Assembly (NCBI GenBank): GCA_013416795.1
Contig: RQSC01000026.1
Span: 205,335 to 269,334, forward strand
Direction of reading: 5' to 3'
Source of the DNA: Prasinococcaceae sp. CCMP 1430
Lineage: Eukaryota > Plantae > Prasinodermophyta
Length of the DNA stretch: 64,000 bases
In this document: in pieces, positions 21,140 through 32,017 of the stretch
How the letters are laid out: every line of letters begins with the position of its first letter
Numbering within the stretch: the first letter of the stretch is position 1
Program-made: the position numbers and the translations under genes
Notes under the pieces: model-generated
Seen by the model: the letters and a program-made list of their open reading frames with translations, nothing else
The model's database searches: none
Told to the model about the DNA's origin: nothing

Positions 21140-23466
21140 ATGGCCGTCGCGTTGACGGCGGCCTCGGAGGCGCTGTGTCCGTCGGGAGAGTGGGCCTACG
21201 TCGACCCGAGCTCGCTGCCGGGCGTGCTGTGGCCCGCGGCGGCGGTGGCGGCGGCGATGGCGTTCGGCATCGGCGCGAACGACGCCGCCAACTCGTGGGC
21301 GACGTCCGTCACACACGCGCACACGCGCACACGCGCACACGCGCACACGCGCACACGCGCACACGCGCACACGCGCACACGCGCACACGCGCACACGCGC
21401 ACACGCGCACACACGCACACGCGCAGCGCTCGGCTCGAACGTCGCGGGCACCATCAAGGGCGCGACGACGCTCTCCGACCCCTCCGCCTGCTGGCGGTGC
21501 GGCACGTGCGAGTCGAAGCTGGCGGTGTTCTACACGGGCATGGCGGCCGCGCTCGCCGCCGCCGCGCTCTTCCTGCTGCTCGCCACCTTCACCAAGATGC
21601 CCGTGTCGACCACCCACGCCGTCGTGGGCGGGGTGGTGGGCATGACCCTCGCCGGCGTTGGGCCCGGCTGCCTCAACTGGGCATGGCACGGGGGGCTCGG
21701 CGGCATCGTCGGCAGCTGGGTGATCTCGCCGGCGTTCTCGGGCGCCGTCGCATTCGTGCTCGACTGGGGGGTGAGGGAGGTGTGTGTGCGACCATGCGTG
21801 CAAGCGTGCGTGCGTGTGCCTGTGCGACGAGCGCGCCTGCGCGCGTGCCTGTGCGCGCGCGCTCATTCGACTACATCGCCATCCTCGCGTGCGCATCCTT
21901 CGTTCGCCCCCAGCTGGTCCTCAGCGCCAAGCGCCCCGACGAGCGGAGCCTACTCGCGCTGCCGTTCGCGCTCGGCGCGGAGGCCTTCATCGTGGTGCTG
22001 CTCGTGCGTGGCGCAAGAGCGCGCGACTGCAGTCAGTGCGTGTTTGCGTGTGTGTGCATGTGTGCATGTGTACATGCATGTGTGTGCATACGTGCGCGCG
22101 CTCGCGCGCGTGTCGGTGTATGTGCCGCGGCACGGATTGATTCGTGCGCACCAAATGCCGCGTCTGACGCGCACACGCGCGCGCGCGTGCGTGCGCTCCC
22201 ACCCACTGCCGCGCGCGCCGACGGACGCGCCGCGGCCGCCCTCACACTTGAAGATCCTCGTCAAGGGGCAGAAGACGAAGGGATGGCGCTTCGGCGCCCA
22301 GCTCGGCGTGGCAGCCGGCGCCAGCGCGGCCACGACGGCGCTCGGCTACCTCTTCACGCGCTTTTACGTGCGGCGCCGCGTGGCGGAGGTGACCATACCC
22401 GGTTCTTTGCGAATGTGCAGCTCTCGATCCGATCACGCTGCGTGCACAACGGGGTCAAAGCGGGTGTCGCTCGACTCGGAGGCTGCGAACGGCGATGATG
22501 AGAAGTCGGACGATTTGGTGAGGCTGACGACGGCGCGCCCCGACTCGCACGTGGCAGGCGCCGCAGACGCCGCAGACATCGAGGGTGCGAGGTCGGCGGG
22601 GGAGGTATGGTGCGCCAGTGACGACGCCGAGGGGGACGGCGCGCTCGTGCTGGAGGCGGCGGACGGCGCGTCGTCGGCGGCGACGCGCGCGGTGAGGCTG
22701 GCGCGGGCGCGGCGGGTGTTTGCCTTCGCGTTGGTCTTTGTCGCGACGCTCGAGAGCTTTGCGCACGGCGCCAACGACACGGCGAACGCCACCGCGCCGC
22801 TCTCTGCCGTGTGGGGCATCTACCACGGCGGGCGCGGCACGTGCGGCAACGCCGCGGTGCCGCTGTGGATCCTCGCGGCCGCGGGCTTCTTCGTCTTCCT
22901 CGGCGTGGTCACCTTCGGCAGGCGCGTCATCGACACCGTGGGGAGGGGCATGACGCGAGTGGACACCGCAATGGGCTTCAGGTACGGCCTCTCACCTTTC
23001 ACCTGACTGAGTCTCTTGTGACTAGCATGCCACACGGCGAGGAGTAATGCTGCGGCACTGACAGTCTTGCGCGCATGCACACGCGCACACACATCATGCC
23101 CGCGCACGCATCAGCATCGAGTGCGCATCCTCGCTCACAGTGCTCCTCGCGTCCTTTCTGGGTTGGCCGGTGAGCACGACGCACTGCCAGGTAGGCGCGG
23201 TTGTTGCCGTCGGGCTGGCGCACACGCCGGAGAGCCTGCCCGTTGCCGCGGCGGGCGATGACAACATGGCCGACTCGGACCTGAATGAGGCAGCGCCCGC
23301 GGCAGGCGACGCCGACGCCTCTGGCAGGGGCGTCGCGGGCGTGCTGGGCCGCGTGCGTTGGGGTCTCGTGGGCAAGATCGGGCTGAGCTGGCTGCTCACG
23401 CTGCCCATCGCGGGCGGCGTCGCCGCGGCAATCACCGCCGCCGTCGAGCCCCTCCTGCGCTCGTGA
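21140..23466 (+). CDS. PiT/PHO4-family phosphate transporter (multi-exon)
   Basis: Both signature motifs (FGIGANDAANSW and SFAHGANDTANA) and two PVSTTH motifs. Confidence 0.93.
21311..21424. repeat. (ACACGCGC)n 8-bp tandem repeat in PiT intron
   Basis: Direct inspection. Confidence 0.9.
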
Positions 23467-23651
23467 AGGCCAACGTAAACACACACAGAGGTTGCACTGT
23501 ACGAAATTGTCAGATTGATCAATTCACGAAATCGCACCGCGTCGAATCGCCTCAAAACGCTTTCGGGGCCATCAAAGTGAACGCGTTGCCAAAAAGCGCG
23601 TGAAACGGTCGATGTGAGGGTTTGTGGCGTGGCACGTCAGCGTGCGCGCAG

Positions 23652-25193
23652 GAGGTCGTGCGGCAGGGAGGACGCCATCTCGACGATGAGCCGCGAGCGC
23701 CGCGGCGCGCGGCCGCGGCCCCGCCGGCCGGCGAGGGCGTGGCCGAGCGCGACGAAGCGGAGCGGCCCAAGGTGTCGATGGTGGCGCTCGGCTGTCCCAA
23801 GAACGTCGTGGACGCCGAGGTCATGCTGGGCGACCTCAATAGAGCGGGGTTCGACGTCGTGGAGGAGCACGAGTCCGCTGACGCCGTGGTCATCAACTCG
23901 TGCGCGTTCGTCGAGGAGGCTAAGGACGAATCGATTCAGGCCATCCTCGAGGCGGCCCGCCTGCGCTCCGGTGGCAACCCCGACGCCAAGATCGTGGTCA
24001 CCGGGTGCATGGCGCAGCGTTACGGCGAGGAGCTCGCCGCTGGCCTGCCCGAGGCGGATCTTGTCGTTGGGTTCGAGAACTACGGCCAGCTCCCCACCGC
24101 TCTCGCCGGCGCCATCGGCGGCGAGGAGATGGCGGCCGCGGCGGCGGCGGCGCCGGTCGAGCGCGTGCAGGTCGGCTCGGCCACGGTGCCCTTTCGCGAG
24201 GAGTGGGGGCGGCACCGCTTGACGCCGCGGCACACCGCCTACCTGCGCGTGGCGGAGGGCTGCGACCACGCGTGCACCTTCTGCGCCATCCCCGGCTTCC
24301 GCGGCAAGTTCCGCTCCAAGCCGTACGCGCGCGTGGTGGACGAAGCGCAGCGGCTCGCGGCCGAGGGCGTGCGCGAGCTCAACCTGATCGCAGAGGACAC
24401 CAACCAGTACGGCATGGACCTGCCGGGCGGGCACAGGCTGGCGGAGCTCCTCGCAGAGCTCGCGGAAATACCAGGTATAGAGTGGATCCGACTCCTCTAC
24501 TGCTATCCAAGCTACTTCAGCGACGAGCTCATCGAGGCCATCGCGACCATCCCCCAGGTGTGCAAGTACGTGGACATACCGCTGCAGCACGCGGACAACC
24601 TCGTTCTGCTCAGCATGGCTCGCCCGCCGCAGCAGCACACTGAGAAGCTCCTCGAGAAACTTCGCGAGCGCGTGCCGGGCCTCGTGCTGCGCACCACCTT
24701 CATATCGGGCTTCCCAGGCGAGAGCGAGCAGGCGCACCGCAACGTGGTTGAGTTCGCCGAGCGCATAGGCTTCGAGCGCATGGGCGCGTTCGCCTACAGC
24801 GAGGAGGAGGGCACGCCGGCGGCGGAGATGCCCGAGCAAATAGACGGCGAGATTCGCCAGCAGCGACGCGATGAGCTCTCGGCGCTCGCGCAGCAGATGG
24901 CGGAGGCGTACGCTGACAGCCGCGTGGGCACCGAGATCGACGTCCTCATTGACAGCGTGGGCGCGATGCCACTCATGGACGGAGAAACGGAGGAGGATGC
25001 GCTGGCGGACGGCGTGGGCGACGGCGTCGTGGCAGTGGCGCGCTCCATGAGCGAGGCGCCCGACATTGATCCAGTGATTTTCGTCGAGTCAAGTGCTGAC
25101 CCGTCCGTGCCGCCTCTCGAGGCCGGCCAGCTGCGCCGCGTGCGCATCACCGGCAGGGTGGTGACAGAGCTCGAGGCCGAGCTTGTGGCATAA
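23652..25193 (+). CDS. rimO: Ribosomal protein S12 methylthiotransferase RimO (start uncertain)
   Basis: LGCPKNVVDAE, INSCAF, VTGCMAQRY, radical-SAM CDHACTFC, WIRLLYCYP, DIPLQH, RTTFISGFPGE, YSEEEGT, APDID and TRAM-like tail. Confidence 0.92.
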   Translation, partial: EVVRQGGRHLDDEPRAPRRAAAAPPAGEGVAERDEAERPKVSMVALGCPKNVVDAEVMLGDLNRAGFDVVEEHESADAVVINSCAFVEEAKDESIQAILEAARLRSGGNPDAKIVVTGCMAQRYGEELAAGLPEADLVVGFENYGQLPTALAGAIGGEEMAAAAAAAPVERVQVGSATVPFREEWGRHRLTPRHTAYLRVAEGCDHACTFCAIPGFRGKFRSKPYARVVDEAQRLAAEGVRELNLIAEDTNQYGMDLPGGHRLAELLAELAEIPGIEWIRLLYCYPSYFSDELIEAIATIPQVCKYVDIPLQHADNLVLLSMARPPQQHTEKLLEKLRERVPGLVLRTTFISGFPGESEQAHRNVVEFAERIGFERMGAFAYSEEEGTPAAEMPEQIDGEIRQQRRDELSALAQQMAEAYADSRVGTEIDVLIDSVGAMPLMDGETEEDALADGVGDGVVAVARSMSEAPDIDPVIFVESSADPSVPPLEAGQLRRVRITGRVVTELEAELVA

Positions 25194-25325
25194 TTTCAGT
25201 AGCTGTACATTGAAGGAGGCGCGCAAGATGTGATAGTAAAGCCTGCGTGGACCACACTGACCAAGGGCCAGAGGAGCTCGGAGAATCCTGCGCTGCCGAT
25301 GAAAGGGTAGGGCGCGCCTTTGAAG

Positions 25326-27457
25326 TCACGCCTCGATGTATTCGTACACGCAGACGTACGCCTGCGAACGCGCAAAGCGTGCCTGCCGCTGCGCGGGCGT
25401 TATCGGGTCCACCTCGCTGTCGTTGCAGCGGACCCACCTCGCGTCCTGGGCGCTCGCGCCTTGGCCCACGTTGACGTCGGCAACAAAATGCCCCGCTGCG
25501 GCGCTGTCGCCCAGGTGCGAAATGACTCCGCGCAAGCTATAGAAGCACCCCCTGGGGGACCCAGCACTACCACGCGCCCCGCTGCCCGCGCCATCGTCCA
25601 CGAGCTCAAGTGCAGGCAGGGGCCGTGTGCAGACGACAGCGGGCGTGCGAGGATGCAGCGCGGCAGTCGGGTCTCCCGTGCCCTGTGCAGAGGCTGATGG
25701 CGTCGTGCCAGCGTCCTGCAAGCTCGCGGCGATGGCGTCGGCGAGATTCCGGTCTTCGTCGCCGGCGGCAGCCGTGCCACGGAGTGACTCCGCGAGCGCC
25801 CGCTGCAGCTGCTGGCGTTCGAGCGCGGCCGTGCCCGAGCCGGCGCTCGTCCGAGCGCGCGCGGAACCGCCTCGCCGCCCCGCAAGCGCCGCAGGAGGCG
25901 GTGGTGCGGTGCTTGAGGTGGAGAAGTCGGCCAAGTTGACCACCTCCGGTAGCCTCACCGGGTCGCGGCGCTTGGTCACGCGCCCCGTCGCATCCGAGGA
26001 GAATCGCTTGAAATGGAGGATGAGCAGGCGCGGCAGGCGCCTGATGCACGAGCGCACCGTGCTAGGGCACATCTGGCCACACTCCTCGCACGTGCGCTCG
26101 AGCGTTTGCTGGCCCTCGAAGTAATTCTTGAGCAGAGCTGTCACGTTCGTGGCGGCGCCCAGCGTGCGCGGCAGGTCGAGGCTGAGGTTGCTGAAGAGCT
26201 CCGTGCGCGTTGCCACGTGGCCACACGACTGGCACGTCATCGAGTGCTCGACGAACGTGCTCATAGTGCGGCTGACCGGGCACAGCGTGTCCGTTAGTCG
26301 CACGAGGTTCGCGTGTCGCTTGTTGTCCGCACCTCCCTCGGCCCCTCCTCGCGCGCCTGCGGCAAGCTTCGGTCGCTCGATGCCTTCAAAGACCTCCTCC
26401 TGCACGCGCTCAAGCACGCTCAAGAGAAACTCGTGCGCGTCCTGTTGGTCCGTGCCGCAAAAGCGCGCGGCGCCAACCTCGACGGCGCGCTTGAGCGCCG
26501 CAGGGCGCACGGTCACCGGGCGACTCGCGCTGTCGCAACTCACGCGGCGCTCGTGCAGCACGTCGACGAGCGCCGCCACGACGCTGCCATCAGGTCCGCC
26601 GGACCCGCCGTCCTCCGCCAACCGCTCGGCCGCGGCCACGAGCCCCTCCGTGAAGGCAGGCAACGCCAGGAGCATCTGCAGCGTCGCATTCACGTAGCAT
26701 GTGTTGCCCAGGTTGGCCATGCCTGCCGTTGCGCGCAGCACGTGCGCCGACAGCGGGTGCCTGCGATGGCCGTGCGCGTGAGCGCCCGCTTGCACGTGGG
26801 CCGGCGCCACTCCAGCGAACGACGGGCTGAGCGATCGCGGCCGCTGCATGAGCTGCCTGGCGTGCGGGGCGCGCTGCGGCTGTGCGGATCCCACAGACCT
26901 CGGCATCGGCGTCGAACCCGACCCGGACGCTGACGCCGACGCCACGCGCCTCGCCTTGGTGGCATCTGCGCGCGAGCGCGCGATGCTCCTCGCCAGCGCC
27001 TTGAAGTCGCTGCCACTGGCGGTGGGTGGTCTGCCGTTGGCGGCAGCGCCACTTGCTCGGTTCATCACGCCCGGCGTGATTTGTTGCAGCGGCGCTCGCT
27101 CCTTCTCCTGTACGGACGCGATGGGTGTCAAGTGCAGCGGCGACACCCTCGCGGCCTTTGCCGCCGGCTGCTGCTGCTGCCGCTGCTGCTGCGCCGTGCC
27201 GGGCGCTCGCGGCGACGGCGACGCGCCCGCGCCGGTGCTCAGCGCTTGCATCATCTGCAAGCAACCAGGAACAACAGCGAACAGCGTGTCAGCGTCCCGC
27301 GAGCGCGCACGTAGCGGCGTCGGGGCTGGCGACACTGAGAATGCGCGGAGCGGGGAAAGGGAGGGGAGGACGCGCGAGCGGCCACCGCGCGGCCGTCGCG
27401 CGGCGTCGCCGGCGCTCCCAGCTGCGGCTCGGCCATGGCGCGCTTGGAGCCGTGCAT
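25326..27457 (-). CDS. Ubiquitin-specific protease (C19) with UIM-like inserts, USP37-like; short first exon probable
   Basis: GMANLGNTCYVNA, QQDAHEFL, LILHFKRF, YSLRGVISHLG..GHFVADV, WVRCNDS; UIM-like motifs LQRALAESL and LADAIAASL. Confidence 0.9.
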
Positions 27458-27779
27458 CGCGCCCCGCTGTACCCTCCCCTCCCCCACTCCCGCCCCCGCC
27501 TGCGTCACCCCCCCGCTCCCAGCCTGGCGCGTTCCGCCGCCAGCCGGCGCCGGACGGAAAGGGCGGGCTCGCGAGCGGCGCGCGAGCGGAGAGCGGTCCC
27601 TTCGAGGGCCAGCAGGCGTCCCCCCCAAAGCACCGGAGGCTCCCCGCAGGGGCGGCGGGAGGGCGCGGCCGCGGGCCCGGGGCGGGGCGGTGTGTGGCAC
27701 CGTGTGGCACCGCCCCCCTCCCCCCTCCCTTTTTTTTTTTGAGCGCCCCCTGCGGCGGGAAACCGCTGTTGCGCTGCGG

Positions 27780-28570
27780 AAGCCCGATGAATACGAAAAA
27801 TTTTATCACCGTTTGTTATTTCATGTATGAGTCTTATAATATTACATTAGACGGAAATGACTTTATTCGTCGTCTCATAGCGCGATTTGGGCCTCCTCCA
27901 CGCCCCGCGCGCGTACCGATGCCGCCTGCCGCAGCTCAGGCGCGGAACGGGAACCCTTGCGCCGTTCCGATCTCAACGCCGATAAAATGTAACACATTTC
28001 GTAATATTCATATTAGGATATATACGATATTTCTCGGATTGCTCATGAAATTACGTCTCCGATAATCTGCGGAGACCCTAACTGCGGTTGGGGGTCTGCT
28101 GTGCGGCAGCAGGAGGGTGTGACGCCCCCTCCATTCGATCTGTTCGTTCGTCAAAACGCATGCGGACGCGGCGCTCCCGAAAGCACGGAATTTCCCCCCT
28201 GTTTTCCGCTCCGTTTCTTTTTCGCCTCCGTTTCTTTCGACGGCGTTCGGATGTTTCCCTTCTTTCACATTCCCGCTCCGAATCCGAATCGCGCGCATTT
28301 CCGAAGCGCGCGGAAAAAACGTTCGCGCCGTGCGCGCGCGAAAAATGCCATCAAAACGAATGTACTTCACATCAAAATGCACCGCGTTTAGATTTTTCCC
28401 GTTTCCCTTCGCTGCGTGCACAATGACGAGCGTGCGTGTGAAAAAGTTCGGGCCCGTTTTCGAACGCGCCGCGCGTTTCCCGTTTCGGGCGCGGTCGTCC
28501 CGCGCGGCCGCCTGCGTTTCGATGGCATTTTCGCGCGGCGCGCCCGTTTTTCGGCGCGCGCGTTTTTTTT
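27780..28570. promoter_or_regulatory. Long AT-rich divergent intergenic island
   Basis: A/T tracts between head-to-head genes; ACCCTAA at 28075. Confidence 0.55.
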
Positions 28571-28953
28571 TGTGCGGCGCCGATCGGCTCTGGCTCTGGC
28601 TCTGGCGGAGGGCGCCACAGCGCGCGCGCGCGACGTGCCCCCGCGGCAGCCTCGAGCTCGCGTGCGGCGTGTGGCAGGGGGAGGCGAGGCGAGGCGCTCG
28701 CTCGTGCGCGTTTGCAGTGTGTGTGTGTGCGTGTGTGCGTGTGCGTGTGCGTGTGGGGAGGGGTTGGTTGAGGGCGGGGCGACCGCGTGCGCATGTGTGT
28801 GAGCTCATGCGCGTGTGTGTACCCTTGCGCAAGCCCGTACACGCGCGCACATTCGCGCTTGTCTGACGCGACTCCTCGCCCNCCCCGGGGCCCGCGCCCC
28901 ATGCGCCCCCTGCGCCCCCTGCGCCCCCTGCGCCGCGCCGCGCCGCGCCGCAG

Positions 28954-29371
28954 GGCGACATCGTCAGCGTTGTCAGGGAGTACGTGGAGATCACCGGCGA
29001 GAACGACGTGGAGGTGCAGATCGAGGAGGACGACGAGCTTGGCACCGTGTACTCGGTCACGGTGCCGGTGCAGCGCGTGGCGCCCGTGTTCACCTCCGGG
29101 GAGGGCGAAGGAGAGCGCGAGGTGCGCGGCGCGCGGGGGGTGCGAGCCCGCGAGAGCTCGCGGGCGCGAGCGCTCGGTGTGGGCCGGCGACGCGCGAGCG
29201 CCTCGGTGGCATCCTCGCGGCTGACGCGCGTGCGCGCTGCGGCTTGCGCCCCAATTCCCCGCGTGCGCGTCGCGCCCGGCATGTGCACGCACGCCCCCCG
29301 CGCGCGCGCGCGCGCAGCTGTACGACTCGCTCGGGATCAAGCTGTCGTGGGACGCCCCGGACGAGGACTGA
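28954..29371 (+). CDS. Last two exons of an acidic hypothetical protein (5' lost at N 28882)
   Basis: CAG|GDIVSVVREYVEIT...GERE|GTGCGC...CAG|LYDSLGIKLSWDAPDED*. Confidence 0.6.
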
Positions 29372-29595
29372 GGGGCGGCGCGCGAACCCACGCGCTCGCG
29401 CTCGCGTAAGACGTCCGCTGCGCGCACGTGACATCGAGTTTGCTCGCGGCGCGCGTCTTGGCGCCCATTTGTTACATAGTGTGTGAGTTGCGCGCGCGCG
29501 TGCGCGCACATGTGTGCGCCCGTACCCGTGCGGTGGCGTGTGCATGCCTGCGTGCGCGAGCGCGAGCGCGCGCACGCGCGCAACGCGAGCAGCGC

Positions 29596-31279
29596 TTACA
29601 CCGTCGGCGCGGGCGTGGCGGCCTCGTCGTGGACGTGGCAATAGGTGACGGGCGGCACCTGCAAGTACGTGACGCTCGCTTTCTCGTCGCCGAGGAAGTC
29701 CCGTGCGGCGGCCACGGCGTCGACCACCGAGTCCTTGCACTCCCACTTGAGCACGTCCGCGCCGCGCCTGTCCTTGGCGCCCACGCAGAAGACCTTGCTT
29801 ACGCTGTCCATGCCGTGCGCCGCCCAGGTGTACATGTAGAAGCCGTGCACGCCGGCGGGGCCCTTTCCAGCGCGGTAGATGTCGTTAAGGCGCTCATTCG
29901 TGGCGAAGCCGTCCTGAAAGCGCTCGAACTCGTCGAGGTCGCCGTGTTCGGCGATGACGCCCTCGAAGAGCTCCCGGTACGTCGTGTGCGCCGGCTCGCT
30001 CCACTCGTAGTGCATCTCGTTCACCACGATGGCCACGCCGCCCTCCTTGAGGAGCGGCAGGCCGCCCACGTACATGTTGTAGTAGTACCCCAGCGCGTAC
30101 GTGTTGACCAGCAGAGGGTTGCAGTACATGTCCTTGGTGTACGGCCCCAGCGCGGTGGGCGCGATGATGAGGATGCCCGCCTGGCCCTCGACGTCGAGCA
30201 CCTTGTCCTTGTAGCACGCATCGAGCGTGCGCTCGTGCACGGCCTCCGTCTCGCCCGCGTTGACCTCCAGCAGGCCGAAGGGCGCGCGGATGGCCCAGAA
30301 GACGCGCATTCGCAGCCACAGCGGGATGAACCTGAGCGCGAAGACCGTCACGCGCGCGACGAGCTTCTGCACGAAGTTCATGCGGCGCATGAGCACGCTC
30401 AGCCAGCTCATGTACCACGGGAAGAGGTTCTCGTCCACCACGGTCTCCACGTGGAAGATGTCGATGGACTTGGCCATCTCCCGCCCCACGCGGCCGAAGG
30501 ACTTGTGCAGCTGCGAGCGCTTGGGGTCGTACAGGCTCTTGGTCTTCTTGAGCGTGTCGCAGTCGTGGTTGTGCCTCAGCGAATTGTACGACACCATGCC
30601 CGTGGCGTAGCTCTTGTAGCCGCCGTCCATCGGCACATAGTTCACGTTGGCGTAGATCGCCAGGTCGCTCTCGGCGAACTCTTTGCACACCTCCACGTCC
30701 TCGCCGTGGCGCGTCTTTCCCAGGTGCTTCGAGTGCTCCGCGTCGATGGCGTTGTAGTTGAACATGCGCCCCTGCGGGTAATACTTGTTGAAGAGCTTCT
30801 TCCCGCACACGTGCTTGAACTCGTCGGGCCTGAGGAAGCGGTGCAGAGCAATGCTGGAGATGAACTTGATGTCGGTGACGCCCTCCTCGACGCACACCTG
30901 CTCGCAGTACTCCATGATGAGCTGCCGCAGGTCGGGCGATTGCATGGGGGGCAAGGGGACGCTGACGTCGTCGAAGGCAAACACGACGCTCGGGTTGTCC
31001 TTGTCGCGCTTGAGCGCCCGCAGCTTGTCTCGCAGCGGCGGCTGGTCGCCGACGGGGTTGTCGACCGCGCGCGCGATCATCTCGCGCTGCCGCCGCGCGT
31101 CGCGCACGCCGTGCGCGCGCACGCCGCCGTACACGACGCGCGTGCCCGCGGGGAGCGCCTCGATGCGCAGCGTCTCGCCCGCCTGGAAGAGGAACTCCTC
31201 GCCGGGCGCCGACTCGAACACCTCCGCCGCGTGCACGGGCGGCGAGTCCAGGCTCGGCGCGGACACGCGCGCAACGGAG
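29596..31279 (-). CDS. LarA-superfamily (lactate racemase N-domain/DUF2088-like) protein; 5' in gap
   Basis: AVDNPVG.PPL, VVFAFDDVSVPLPP, ALHR, YNAID, LGKTRHGEDVEV, MDGGYKS, LRHNH; intronless over about 1.7 kb. Confidence 0.8.
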
Positions 31280-32017
31280 NNNNNNNNNNNNNNNNNNNNN
31301 NNNNNNNNNNNNNNNNNNNNNNNNNNNNNNNNNNNNNNNNNNNNNNNNNNNNNNNNNNNNNNNNNNNNNNNNNNNNNNNNNNNNNNNNNNNNNNNNNNNN
31401 NNNNNNNNNNNNNNNNNNNNNNNNNNNNNNNNNNNNNNNNNNNNNNNNNNNNNNNNNNNNNNNNNNNNNNNNNNNNNNNNNNNNNNNNNNNNNNNNNNNN
31501 NNNNNNNNNNNNNNNNNNNNNNNNNNNNNNNNNNNNNNNNNNNNNNNNNNNNNNNNNNNNNNNNNNNNNNNNNNNNNNNNNNNNNNNNNNNNNNNNNNNN
31601 NNNNNNNNNNNNNNNNNNNNNNNNNNNNNNNNNNNNNNNNNNNNNNNNNNNNNNNNNNNNNNNNNNNNNNNNNNNNNNNNNNNNNNNNNNNNNNNNNNNN
31701 NNNNNNNNNNNNNNNNNNNNNNNNNNNNNNNNNNNNNNNNNNNNNNNNNNNNNNNNNNNNNNNNNNNNNNNNNNNNNNNNNNNNNNNNNNNNNNNNNNNN
31801 NNNNNNNNNNNNNNNNNNNNNNNNNNNNNNNNNNNNNNCGGCGCGCGCCCGCGCGCGCAGGCGGGCGCGCGCGTGCCCACACCCGTGCCCGTTCGGCGCT
31901 GGAATGCGCCGGCGGGGCTGTTGAGAGCGGGTGCGCGCAGAGAGAGAGCGCTGTGTCGGCCACGCGAGCGAGCGCGCTGCCGACGAGGTGGCGGTGGTAA
32001 CGCAAGCGCCAGCGACG

